Made by a program: the position numbers and the translations under genes. Shown piece by piece: positions 43,685 to 53,452 of a stretch of 64,000 nt of DNA. The DNA is from a virus. The notes beneath the pieces were generated by a model that was not told the DNA's origin, did no database searches, and saw only the letters and a list, made by a program, of their open reading frames with translations. The stretch covers positions 36,108 to 100,107 of the IMG/VR virus record IMGVR_UViG_3300025666_000003; one strand, 5' to 3'. Position 1 is the stretch's first letter, and each line of letters starts with the position of its first letter.

Positions 43685-46204
43685 TTAAGGGCATAGTCCC
43701 CCTTCAACTACTGTAACTTCATCAATTGGCCTTGTGTATAACGTACCCTCACGAGCACAAATTACTTCAGTGTCTTCTGTAGATACAGCTGGGTAAGTAA
43801 CTGATTGAGCTATACCACTACAGTCTAACCAACTATAAACATATCCTGGTGAACCTGCTAAAAAAGTTAAAGTATAATTTACACATATGAATTCACAACA
43901 ACTAGTTTCTTTATATTCAAAACCTTTCTCTGCTGATACTACTAAAGTTTGGCCTGGTTGTCCACAAAAAGTAAATGCATCCCATTCACCACTAACACCT
44001 GGATAAGTATATTCAGTTGCTATACCATCACAATCAATATATGGAATGACACCGGGGGCTCCATTATTCACTGCTCCTGTATATGTAGAGCAAGAGCAAG
44101 GTATAAGTGGCTCTGGACAGTCACCTAGAAGTTCTAAAAAACCTTCTGTTATTATAGGTGTACCTGGAGTGACACATATAGTATACACTATTACAGTATC
44201 TGTTAAAACATGTTCAATAGTAATTATTTCATTAGTTTCACAATCTGTATATGAAGTTATATCATCAGGTGCATCAGTTTCGTATGTAATAGTGTAACCT
44301 AAACAAGCACCTGTTGTACAATCTATAAATCCTGTTGATGGCGCAGCACAAGGATCAAAACATGCATTTGTTGGTGGACATACATAATCAGGATTTGTAA
44401 TTGCTGTTAGATTAAGCATTTCTTTTTTAATCTCCCATTTATTTAAATCTATAGTTTTACAATTTGTTGATATACCATATCTATCTTCCAAAGCTATTTT
44501 ATAGTATGCTTCAGCAAAGTTACAAGATACTTTATCATAGTAATCTGCTGGACAACCTGGTGTATTATAGCCTGGTCTTACACTACGTGTTTTAGATATA
44601 ACTTCAGAACATTCCCATATAGAGCTTTCATTTTCTATTATTTCTTCTGTACAGTCACCATACCATTCAATATCTATAGCATTTTCAAGATTCCATTCAA
44701 TTGCACAAACTCTTGGAGTTCTTGCACCACTAGGTATAATAGCAGTTTCTATCCAACTTCCATTACAATCTAAATATTGTAAAGACCCTGATATAGTTCC
44801 TCCATTAACAGCAGTAGAACATACACAATCAGATAGATCTGCTTTACAACTATCGCAGTCTGTATAATATTCATTTATAAAAACTGTTTCAAAAGTATTG
44901 CCTTTTAACTCTCTTACTTCTTCAAGTTCAAAACATATGCCTGGTATATTATCTAGAGTAACTATAAAACCTTCATAAGCTACTAAATCAGTATCAGTAT
45001 ATATTACATCATGTATTTGACCAGGACATGGAGTTAATTTCCAAAATGTACTTAAACATGTTTTGCAATTCTTAAATGAATATTGTACTATAAGATTTTG
45101 ATCAGAAGGCGGTGCAATTTCTAAACACTCTACAAACCAGCATCCTGCACAATTTTCAAATTCTACAGCTTGATCAATATATTCAGATAAATCATTTGTT
45201 GTATATTTTATATAGTTACTGTCCTCACAATTAGTAAGTTTATAACCTTTACACTTTCTACATTCTTCACAATCTGTCCAGCTGCTTATTACTGTAACTT
45301 CAATTGCACATTCACATTCACTAATTTCTCTAAAGCTCCAACATGTATTTGGAAACCCGTCTAGTTTAAGAATGTTTGCAGTATCAATGTATGTTTGAAT
45401 AGAAGTATAGCTAACATATATATCATCTTCAATTCCTTCACAATCTGTTAATAAAAAACATGTACTAATCGGACATATTTTAGATGGTGGTAGTAATCCA
45501 TCACTTTCACAATCACCAAACATTTCTACTTCAAAACTTGCACTTAAATCCCAAGATCTAGCACAAACTTTTTCAGACCACACCCTATCAATTGGTATAA
45601 TTAACGTTTCATTAACACCATCACAATTAACAATTACTACTGATATTGGTGCAATTATAGTATCTTTACTACGCACCCTAATACAAACACAACATTCAGA
45701 ATCATCACACGGTGTGCCAGTTGCTATAACTTCAGCTTCATTAGGAAAAGTAGCTAAGTTGCTTAATTCACTACTAACATTTTTTACTACAGTGTAAGTT
45801 TTATCTTTATAAAGATATGCTTCAGCATTATTAAATACTCGTGATGTTGGTTGAAAATAAAGACTATCATCACCTTGACAACAAGGTATCAATACAGTAG
45901 TACCACAATTACAATCAGGTTCAAGAACAAATGCTTCAGCACAAGTATCAGCAAGATACACCATTTCACTAGTTGTAGGTACTGGTGTAGCAGGTTGAGC
46001 TGCAATTGCAACACTTTCATGAGTTACAGTATAACACCCTTCTAATTCAGGGTTACTAGGAGAAGGTGTGTATTTCCAAACAGTTCCCTGAACTGTATTC
46101 CACCAACCATTAGGGCCAGCTTCATTTACCTGACCTCCAAATTCTAAAATTTCACCATCTTCACAACAAGGTGTAAAAGTTATTTTTGCTCCTAGTATTG
46201 ACAT
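43685..46204 (-). CDS. Very Cys-rich repeat structural protein (839 aa)
   Basis: Repeats of the types [FYW]xLTxC...C[WF]...CxxC and CxxYT...YxDC...ICxxxG. Confidence 0.6.
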   Translation of the reverse strand: MSILGAKITFTPCCEDGEILEFGGQVNEAGPNGWWNTVQGTVWKYTPSPSNPELEGCYTVTHESVAIAAQPATPVPTTSEMVYLADTCAEAFVLEPDCNCGTTVLIPCCQGDDSLYFQPTSRVFNNAEAYLYKDKTYTVVKNVSSELSNLATFPNEAEVIATGTPCDDSECCVCIRVRSKDTIIAPISVVIVNCDGVNETLIIPIDRVWSEKVCARSWDLSASFEVEMFGDCESDGLLPPSKICPISTCFLLTDCEGIEDDIYVSYTSIQTYIDTANILKLDGFPNTCWSFREISECECAIEVTVISSWTDCEECRKCKGYKLTNCEDSNYIKYTTNDLSEYIDQAVEFENCAGCWFVECLEIAPPSDQNLIVQYSFKNCKTCLSTFWKLTPCPGQIHDVIYTDTDLVAYEGFIVTLDNIPGICFELEEVRELKGNTFETVFINEYYTDCDSCKADLSDCVCSTAVNGGTISGSLQYLDCNGSWIETAIIPSGARTPRVCAIEWNLENAIDIEWYGDCTEEIIENESSIWECSEVISKTRSVRPGYNTPGCPADYYDKVSCNFAEAYYKIALEDRYGISTNCKTIDLNKWEIKKEMLNLTAITNPDYVCPPTNACFDPCAAPSTGFIDCTTGACLGYTITYETDAPDDITSYTDCETNEIITIEHVLTDTVIVYTICVTPGTPIITEGFLELLGDCPEPLIPCSCSTYTGAVNNGAPGVIPYIDCDGIATEYTYPGVSGEWDAFTFCGQPGQTLVVSAEKGFEYKETSCCEFICVNYTLTFLAGSPGYVYSWLDCSGIAQSVTYPAVSTEDTEVICAREGTLYTRPIDEVTVVEGGLCP

Positions 46205-46208
46205 TAAT

Positions 46209-46337
46209 TTATTTTTTTAACTTAAGAGATTTTTCATATGCTTGCAAGCAAGTAGTACAGCAGGATTTTGAATTTGATGCTGTTCTTTTTTGGCAGCCAC
46301 ATGAAAGTTTTCTTTTACAATTTATACAATTTGCCAT
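46209..46337 (-). CDS. Small basic Cys-rich protein (42 aa), probably metal-binding
   Basis: Hand-translated and below the track cut-off: MANCINCKRKLSCGCQKRTASNSKSCCTTCLQAYEKSLKLKK. It fills the gap between two genes and has an A-rich leader. Confidence 0.75.
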   Translation of the reverse strand: MANCINCKRKLSCGCQKRTASNSKSCCTTCLQAYEKSLKLKK

Positions 46338-46358
46338 CTTTTTGGTTTTTTAAATGGT

Positions 46359-46904
46359 TTAACAAGAACTATTGCAGTCAAGCTTATCTAATAGCTTTAA
46401 AGCATAGTTATATAAAGTCATACCTTTTTGAGGTTCATGACAATATTCAACTTTAGCTACAGCTGCGTCTAAATACATTTTAATTAATCTAAGTTGTTCT
46501 AATTTATTTTTAAGTTCACAATCTGGTTCACAGTTTGAAATATCTAATTCACACAATGCTTCATTATATTTTATCAAAGCTTGTGTAATTCTTAAATGGT
46601 TGTACTCTACGTATACAACTTCATTAGGTGAAATACTATATTTAATTATATATATTCCATCAGGAAAGTTTAAGTAACTAGTTCCACAATCATCTACCTG
46701 CAAACCTAAGTCACACGCTGTTAATACAATTGATGATCCTGGTACAAAATCAATTTGAGTTGAATATGTAAATCCTGGAGGTGTGATGTTTAGTGTAGGA
46801 CACGTTACAGGAACTATATCTACATAAACACTTGTATCCATAATAGAAATTATGCATGGATTCATTACTGTAGGTACTTCTAAACTTAATACGTGATTTG
46901 CCAT
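46359..46904 (-). CDS. Hypothetical structural protein (181 aa)
   Basis: ORF in the structural operon. Beta-rich N-half (FPDGIYIIKYSI) and helical C-half. Confidence 0.55.
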   Translation of the reverse strand: MANHVLSLEVPTVMNPCIISIMDTSVYVDIVPVTCPTLNITPPGFTYSTQIDFVPGSSIVLTACDLGLQVDDCGTSYLNFPDGIYIIKYSISPNEVVYVEYNHLRITQALIKYNEALCELDISNCEPDCELKNKLEQLRLIKMYLDAAVAKVEYCHEPQKGMTLYNYALKLLDKLDCNSSC

Positions 46905-46916
46905 TGTAATTATATT

Positions 46917-46953
46917 AAAAAAAGGAGAGGAGATATACTCTCACTCTCCTTTT
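46917..46953 (-). terminator. Rho-independent terminator
   Basis: Minus strand AAAAGGAGAGTGAGAGTATATCTCCTCTCCTTTTTTT. Confidence 0.8.
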
Positions 46954-46977
46954 AATTATTTTAAATTTATTAAGAGA

Positions 46978-48501
46978 TTAGTCTCCAGGTATTGCTGTTG
47001 TTGGTATACACACAGACAAACATGACACTGTCTCTAATTGTACACATTCATTACAGTTAGATAACCAACCATTAACAAATGCTTCAAATTCAGTATTAGT
47101 AGATCCCGCAGGAACAATAATATCTAACATGTACTGATCATTATCAAATGTACCTGTTGGGTTATTAAAACGTGGAACACTATGTAAGATACAGTATCTA
47201 TCATAAGTTGCAGTTCTATCAATAATATTTAAGATATCATTTCCTTGAGTAATCTCACGGATTCTAAGATCAGTATGGAAGAATGATTGACGGTAAGACT
47301 CTGACATAATAACGTCACGTGCTACTGTTTCACCAAATCCTTGACCTTGTGAACCAAGACACTCATCAACTACACAACATCCTGCAAATGTACAAGGATC
47401 TCCATTTAAATCAACTTCAGAAGCATAAAGTCTTAAAGGCTCTTTCTCGTAGAAATCACTTGTTTGGAATGTACAATCACCAAATTTAGTATCAATGTAT
47501 GCTCCATTAAGGATTAAACCTGCACAAGCATCTGTAATATATCCAGGAGATACATAGTTATCCCAAGTATCAGCACCTTGTGTTACTAAGAAAGCTGCGT
47601 CAGTTCCTGGTTTGTACCATAAAACTCCAGTTTGATCAACCACTACTGGAAGAACAAAGTTAGACATGATAGCATCATCAACAATACCTTCAGCCCATTT
47701 AATCATTACAAGTGTTCCATCTGTAAGAACCGGAGTAACTGTACCATCTGCACAACACCCTGTGTATGCATCAAGAGTTTTGTATGCTTGATGATTCAAT
47801 GTACGTAATGTAGGAGAACCTTTAACATCTAAACGTAAATTATATGTTTCATCACATAAGAATTCACAACAGCAATCAGTACCACCTGCAGCAGCTGAAA
47901 CTGTAAGAATATCTACAGTTGCATCAGCATTACCACCTACTAATGTAACTACATCAGGAGTACTAGTATATCCAATACCTGGATTAATTATACTAGTAAT
48001 TGTTGGTACACCAGCAGCTACAGTAGCTCCTAAGATCATACCTGAACCTAAACCACCAGTAACAGCAAATGCTACTTCAGTTACAGAGTTAGTATAACCA
48101 GTTCCATTTGCGTTGTCAGTGTATGTAAGAACACCACCACCTAAGTTAAAAGAAGTACCTCCAATATTTAAGATAGCTCTAGTAGGATTACACGCTTCTA
48201 CTTTATAAAATTGATTTACGTATTTAGGGTTAATCATCTTTGATTTGTTACTCTCTTGGTAACCCCCGTGAAAAGGACCTTGTTTATCATTTTGATAAAG
48301 TGTTCCTGCAGCTAAAATAAGGTTACAACAATTTGTTGGTGGAGTTGCTGTATCTTGTATCTCCCATGTTGTTGGATTTACAAACGCAAACTCACCAGTT
48401 GCAAGTATATTACTTGCTGTACCTAACATTCCTTCTGCTTTGTCAGTAAAGCCTGTAGTTCCTACAAAACATTTACTAAACGCATGATTAAAATATGCCA
48501 T
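46978..48501 (-). CDS. Abundant structural protein (auxiliary capsid/decoration-like), 507 aa, with a beta-rich insertion
   Basis: Downstream of the capsid genes and followed by its own terminator. Contains a G/T/V-rich insertion (PTITSIINPGIGYTS). Confidence 0.5.
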   Translation of the reverse strand: MAYFNHAFSKCFVGTTGFTDKAEGMLGTASNILATGEFAFVNPTTWEIQDTATPPTNCCNLILAAGTLYQNDKQGPFHGGYQESNKSKMINPKYVNQFYKVEACNPTRAILNIGGTSFNLGGGVLTYTDNANGTGYTNSVTEVAFAVTGGLGSGMILGATVAAGVPTITSIINPGIGYTSTPDVVTLVGGNADATVDILTVSAAAGGTDCCCEFLCDETYNLRLDVKGSPTLRTLNHQAYKTLDAYTGCCADGTVTPVLTDGTLVMIKWAEGIVDDAIMSNFVLPVVVDQTGVLWYKPGTDAAFLVTQGADTWDNYVSPGYITDACAGLILNGAYIDTKFGDCTFQTSDFYEKEPLRLYASEVDLNGDPCTFAGCCVVDECLGSQGQGFGETVARDVIMSESYRQSFFHTDLRIREITQGNDILNIIDRTATYDRYCILHSVPRFNNPTGTFDNDQYMLDIIVPAGSTNTEFEAFVNGWLSNCNECVQLETVSCLSVCIPTTAIPGD

Positions 48502-48578
48502 TTTTTTAAAAGTTTAATTTATATAAATAATTATAATATAATATAATGAATATATTGTTACTAAACAACATATTTTAT

Positions 48579-49277
48579 TTAATTATTTCTTTCTGCACCT
48601 TCACTACCTCTACTGAACTGACTACTTGATTCAATATCACCTGCTAGTATACTTGCAGCTTCATCAATAATTAGTTCTATAATATCATCTTTAAATTCAG
48701 ATAGAACCTCTATTGCTGAACGTTCTTGAGTATATGGGTCAACACAATTTTCTACTTGAATTTTAATAGGTTGTCTGTAATATATAAGAGAACCTTCAGC
48801 TATTGAAAATTTTGAGTCATGATAAATATTTACTTTATTACCACGTAATGTAGCAAATGTTTCGGCCCATTCAAAACTTGGTTGTTTTGATACATCTCTA
48901 AGTAATTGATTTAAGTTAGCTTCTTCTGCTAAGTATACATTCATTCTTCTACCTTCACAACAATCGTCACCTGCTTTTATATCTACACGTTTCCATTGTA
49001 GATAATCTTCTGGAATTTCACCAAATACGTGATCTGATTTATTATTAAGACTTAATGGAAATGTTTCAAGTAATACTTGAAGATCATCAATTCTTCGTGT
49101 AGATTGTTCATCACCTTCTTTAGTAAGATTAATACCATGAAGTTGTCTTCTTGGCCATTCTACTTGTGCTTTATTAAAAGCTTCAACAAACTGCCAACAT
49201 TCTATATTATCATAATCTTGACTATCTAATTTATTTAGACGTTGTTTAAGTTTTATAAATATAGTACTGTTTAACAT
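48579..49277 (-). CDS. Head-tail ring/adaptor protein (232 aa)
   Basis: Motifs FVEAFNKAQ, IPEDYL, YYRQP and IIDEAA are typical of crAss-like ring proteins. Position fits. Confidence 0.6.
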   Translation of the reverse strand: MLNSTIFIKLKQRLNKLDSQDYDNIECWQFVEAFNKAQVEWPRRQLHGINLTKEGDEQSTRRIDDLQVLLETFPLSLNNKSDHVFGEIPEDYLQWKRVDIKAGDDCCEGRRMNVYLAEEANLNQLLRDVSKQPSFEWAETFATLRGNKVNIYHDSKFSIAEGSLIYYRQPIKIQVENCVDPYTQERSAIEVLSEFKDDIIELIIDEAASILAGDIESSSQFSRGSEGAERNN

Positions 49278-49290
49278 TAGTAATAAATTT

Positions 49291-49322
49291 AAAAAAGTCA
49301 GGCAAGTTGCCTCACCTGACTT
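49291..49322 (-). terminator. Rho-independent terminator with a GNRA loop
   Basis: Minus strand AAGUCAGGUGAG-GCAA-CUUGCCUGACUU-UUUU (12-bp stem). Confidence 0.85.
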
Positions 49323-49341
49323 AGATTTGTTCTTTTTTCTT

Positions 49342-50349
49342 TTAAGCGTTCCACAATTTCTCCACCTTAGTATTTAGATTTTGTAAAATATCCTCATGTA
49401 AAGGATTCTTCAAATATTCTATTACTTCAGATACATTTTTACCCATTAGAGATTGTGTTTCTGTATGATAAATATGTCCATCAGCTTTAGTAGCGATATA
49501 CTTATAATATACAGAATCTTTTACAATTGATCTAATTTTTAATGTCTCCATATCAAGTTTTGTTGCATCAAGGAATCCATTAGCTGCTCTTTCTTTATTT
49601 CCTTCTACACCTTCACCTGTAATGTGTCTATCCATATTATCATAGATAACATCATTTGGAGTGTTTCTTTTGTACTGTATACTTGTACCATCAACAACTT
49701 TTGCAATATACATTAATTTAGTACTATTCTTGTCAAAGAGTTTTTGCAATTCAGCAAGTGCTCTATTACGTAATTTCTTGTATTCTGTTTTAGCAGTTAC
49801 TGTCTGCTCTTCTTTATCTAAATAAAATTTAGGTGGAATTGCTTGAGTTCTTGCATCATCATAACTTTTTGATACAAATGCAAATCCTCCTGCATCAATT
49901 GCATGAAGTTTTATTCTGTCATAAGGATCTTTTGGATCTAAGAATACTGGTTCATTTCCACAACTAAGAACAATCTTGTTCCAAAATTCTTCATTGTCGG
50001 GTTTAAGTAATTTAACTTTATTCCAAAAATCTTTATCTTCAACATCAAGAACATTAGCAGCAAGCTCTTTTTCTAATTCTGCTACAGATTCTCTAATACT
50101 TTTGATTACTCCTTCTCTTTTTTCATCTGGAAGAAGTTTAACTTCAGGTGCAAATTCATTTAAACCTGTTAAATAACGCATAATACCATTATTTTCTAAA
50201 CATGCTAGTTGTTCATAATGTTTAACGCCATCATATAATGATAGTCCATAATTTTCAAGTCCCATATTTGATACTGAATTATCAAAGAATGGTCTGATAG
50301 CAATGGCTTTGCTTTTTGTTGCGAATCCTTCTACGTGTGTAAAACTCAT
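49342..50349 (-). CDS. Conserved head-module protein downstream of the MCP (335 aa)
   Basis: ORF flanked by terminators, at a position conserved in crAss-like head modules. Function not evident. Confidence 0.55.
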   Translation of the reverse strand: MSFTHVEGFATKSKAIAIRPFFDNSVSNMGLENYGLSLYDGVKHYEQLACLENNGIMRYLTGLNEFAPEVKLLPDEKREGVIKSIRESVAELEKELAANVLDVEDKDFWNKVKLLKPDNEEFWNKIVLSCGNEPVFLDPKDPYDRIKLHAIDAGGFAFVSKSYDDARTQAIPPKFYLDKEEQTVTAKTEYKKLRNRALAELQKLFDKNSTKLMYIAKVVDGTSIQYKRNTPNDVIYDNMDRHITGEGVEGNKERAANGFLDATKLDMETLKIRSIVKDSVYYKYIATKADGHIYHTETQSLMGKNVSEVIEYLKNPLHEDILQNLNTKVEKLWNA

Positions 50350-50371
50350 TTGTTTGTTGGTTTTAATTATT

Positions 50372-50402
50372 AAAAAAAGGGAGAGAGTATTAACTCTCTC
50401 CC
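50372..50402 (-). terminator. Rho-independent terminator after the major capsid gene
   Basis: Minus strand GGGAGAGAGT-TAAT-ACTCTCTCCC-TTTTTTT, a perfect 10-bp stem. Confidence 0.9.
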
Positions 50403-50415
50403 ATACTATATTAGA

Positions 50416-52032
50416 TTAAAATGATCCTCCAGTAATTGGATTTCTCATTACAATTTTCAATACTTTAGTTGGATCTTTCACCCAAATTGCAGGCATTGTT
50501 TGTGACATCATAACACGATAACCATTGAATTGACCAGAAGACTGGAATCCTTGAGTACGTCCCATGTAATCCATTGTACCATTCTGATACCACCACTTCA
50601 ATTGATTGTCCCATCCTAATTTCAACATGTAAATGTTGTCATTAACATTATCAGTGATATCAAAGATAATAAATGAGTAAGATGATAATGGGAAACCATC
50701 AATGATTGGGTTTTCAATATCATTAGTATGAACATTATCAAATGCTGGGTTCACAACAAATTTAACGTTAGCCAAGAATGGAATAACATAACTTGTATAA
50801 GCAAATCCAAAGTTTAAATCCATACTGTTTCCAGAGATAGCTCCAATATCAGAAGCTTGAATTACAAGACCTGAAGATACTGCTTCACGTTTGATAGCTT
50901 CGTTTACCATTCTCATTCCACCCATACCAGTTTGAACAACTAGTGAACGTTGTGGATCTGGACCAGTAAATTCAACTTTACCATTAAAGAAATTATAAAG
51001 TTCTCCACGGAATAAATCTAAGTTAAAGTTATTCTTATTGTATACTCTTTTGAAAGAGTTATCCAATTGCTTCCAAAGACCAACAGATAATCTAACATCA
51101 TCTGGACCATCTTGACGAACTCTACCACCATGACCCCACATTAAGTAAGTTTCAATGTCATTAGCAATTTTAGTCAAGTGAGCTGCTTCCATTTGAGTAA
51201 GGAAAGTACGAGATAAGTCACCATTGTCAAATGCTTTCTTAACTGCATCTTTACCCATGATCTTAACCATATCCTCTAAAGAAGATATTGATGGATCCAT
51301 TGATGTACCAAATGTTCTCCAAATCTCTGTTACAGGAACAGTACCATCAGCATTCATTGCTCCCTTAACCATAAGGTCAGCTTTAGAAGATACTGAATAG
51401 TGTACGTGAGCTTCTGCACCACCTACGTAGTTGTAGAATTCACGAAATCCTGTTTTAGTTGTGATATCAGAGAAACGTTCTCCATATTCACCTCTTGCAG
51501 AACCTTTTCTAAAAAGTTTTGTTCCATTTGACAAATACTTGTTGTCCAAGAATTTATAGTTGTCGTTGTTTACTAATTGAACAGTGTAGATAAAACCATC
51601 ACCTACAGGAAGAATATCTTCCGCAGTAATATAAAGTTCACATCCATTATACTTATCATAAGTAATAATGTCACCGTGTCCAAATTCTCTACAGTTAAGT
51701 TTGATTTTGAAAGTAGTACCTTCAACACCTTTTGCTTCATTTGCAGGTTCAATGTCTTCTAAAATGTAAGGAAGATCTTGTGATACAGGTGTTTGCCACT
51801 TGTATTCACCACGTGCATTATCTACTTCGATAATATTTTTTCCACCAAAGCTAGATAGCTGATAAAGAGGCATTTCTACTTTCTGTGCCATTGCCCAAAG
51901 GTCAACTGGCCCCATGTCCATAGGTTCTGCATCTTTCAGCATATTAACCAAGTGATAAGAATCCACATGAGAACTAGCATCATATGCTGTGTCTCTTAGG
52001 AATATACCATTATTTAATACTGGAGTCGCCAT
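50416..52032 (-). CDS. Major capsid protein (538 aa)
   Basis: Third gene after terminase (terminase-portal-scaffold-MCP) and followed by a strong terminator. Motifs EYKW, ETYLMWG, VQTGMGG and IWVKDPTK resemble crAss-like MCPs. Confidence 0.85.
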   Translation of the reverse strand: MATPVLNNGIFLRDTAYDASSHVDSYHLVNMLKDAEPMDMGPVDLWAMAQKVEMPLYQLSSFGGKNIIEVDNARGEYKWQTPVSQDLPYILEDIEPANEAKGVEGTTFKIKLNCREFGHGDIITYDKYNGCELYITAEDILPVGDGFIYTVQLVNNDNYKFLDNKYLSNGTKLFRKGSARGEYGERFSDITTKTGFREFYNYVGGAEAHVHYSVSSKADLMVKGAMNADGTVPVTEIWRTFGTSMDPSISSLEDMVKIMGKDAVKKAFDNGDLSRTFLTQMEAAHLTKIANDIETYLMWGHGGRVRQDGPDDVRLSVGLWKQLDNSFKRVYNKNNFNLDLFRGELYNFFNGKVEFTGPDPQRSLVVQTGMGGMRMVNEAIKREAVSSGLVIQASDIGAISGNSMDLNFGFAYTSYVIPFLANVKFVVNPAFDNVHTNDIENPIIDGFPLSSYSFIIFDITDNVNDNIYMLKLGWDNQLKWWYQNGTMDYMGRTQGFQSSGQFNGYRVMMSQTMPAIWVKDPTKVLKIVMRNPITGGSF

Positions 52033-52067
52033 AATTGTTAATTGTTATTTATTGTTTATTTGTTTAC

Positions 52068-53339
52068 TTATCTTTTGAAAAAACCTCCTGGATCTCTCTG
52101 AAGTGTTTTTTTTGTTTTTCTTCTTGTTGGTTCTTCTTGTGGTGAGGAAGAAACATTTTTTCTTGCTTCTTCAGTTTTAAGTTGTCTAACAACTTTTTCT
52201 GTAGCTGCATTACCACCTTGTTCTTTAATTTTATTTTTGTATCCTTGAGGATCTTGTAATAACCAAAGTGCTTCAGCAATTAGATCATGTCTTGGTTCTA
52301 CAAATTGATACTTTTCTAAAAGATGACCAAGTAAATTAGTTGGTTTCCCAGATATAGAAGGGTAATTTGGTTGAACTAATCCTGAATATAACATACCTTG
52401 AGTTTTCTTATCAAGTTTAATATCTCCAAGTTGACCTACAGATAAAGTATCGTATACGTTATCCATATATTGTTTAGCAGCAGTTTCTTGTTGATGTTTT
52501 TTAGATTCTTGTTGAGCAAGTTTATTTGCTATAATAGACTCTTGCATCTTATCAAGCTTTGGTTTAAACTGTGAAGCTTTTGCATCTAACTTTCCAATAT
52601 CATCCCATTCAGATATCTGCTCTTCAATTTCCTCTGCTGTACCAAACTGAGTAGCATGTAGATATTGTCTTGCAATTTCTGGATGATGTGTTTCAATATC
52701 TAAACTTAAATCTACAATTTCACTTACTTGTGATAGTGTTTTAAATAATCCTTTTAGATCTTGCCCTCCATCTGCTACATACTTAGCAGCAATTTGAAGT
52801 TCATCAGGAAGTGAATTAAAAAACTCAGTTGGCATTGATGCGGCAACTTTATTTTCTCTTTCTTGAAAATTAGCTTCTAGTAATTCTCTAAAATCTTTTA
52901 CTGAATAGTCTTCTAACTCTTTCCCATCATCAAATGGAATAAGAGTCCCCGCTTCAATCATTTTAGTAGTAAGATCATATAAACCATCTTTATCAAGTTT
53001 TGGCCTACCTACATTACCACCATCTTCTTCCTCATTAATAAGTTTATCTAACTCATCCATCTCAACTTTAACTTCTTCAGCCTCTTCTTCTGTTTGAGGA
53101 GTTTCATCTGTTGTTTCACCTGTTAAGCTAGGTTTCTTATCATCAAGGAAATTTACATTTACTTTTTCCTTTGAGAATATATTTGGTTTTTTCTCTACAG
53201 GTAGAGGTTCTGAACCATCTTCCGGTAGCATAATACTATCTGCACCAGGTTGTCCAAACATTGCGTCTATATCAATATTTGCTTCTTGTACTGTTGTATT
53301 ATCAATAAGGTCTATCACTTCTTTTGTTTCTTGAGCCAT
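52068..53339 (-). CDS. Putative scaffolding/head assembly protein (423 aa)
   Basis: Acidic disordered N-terminus, helical core and basic C-terminus. Lies between portal and MCP. Confidence 0.6.
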   Translation of the reverse strand: MAQETKEVIDLIDNTTVQEANIDIDAMFGQPGADSIMLPEDGSEPLPVEKKPNIFSKEKVNVNFLDDKKPSLTGETTDETPQTEEEAEEVKVEMDELDKLINEEEDGGNVGRPKLDKDGLYDLTTKMIEAGTLIPFDDGKELEDYSVKDFRELLEANFQERENKVAASMPTEFFNSLPDELQIAAKYVADGGQDLKGLFKTLSQVSEIVDLSLDIETHHPEIARQYLHATQFGTAEEIEEQISEWDDIGKLDAKASQFKPKLDKMQESIIANKLAQQESKKHQQETAAKQYMDNVYDTLSVGQLGDIKLDKKTQGMLYSGLVQPNYPSISGKPTNLLGHLLEKYQFVEPRHDLIAEALWLLQDPQGYKNKIKEQGGNAATEKVVRQLKTEEARKNVSSSPQEEPTRRKTKKTLQRDPGGFFKR

Positions 53340-53452
53340 TTTTGTTGGTTTTAATTGCTTAATATTAATATATGGAAATTTATAGAGATAAACTTCTAAA
53401 ATTTAAAATAACTGCATCTAAAGATGATGATTTTTTGCATTATATAGCTAAG

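Noticed and set aside
7640-52279. Short alternative-frame minus ORFs (7640-7822, 21235-21417, 41821-42012, 52064-52279)
   Set aside because: They are nested out of frame in well-supported genes. The 41821 ORF is a by-product of collagen codon periodicity, and I saw no convincing frameshift signal.
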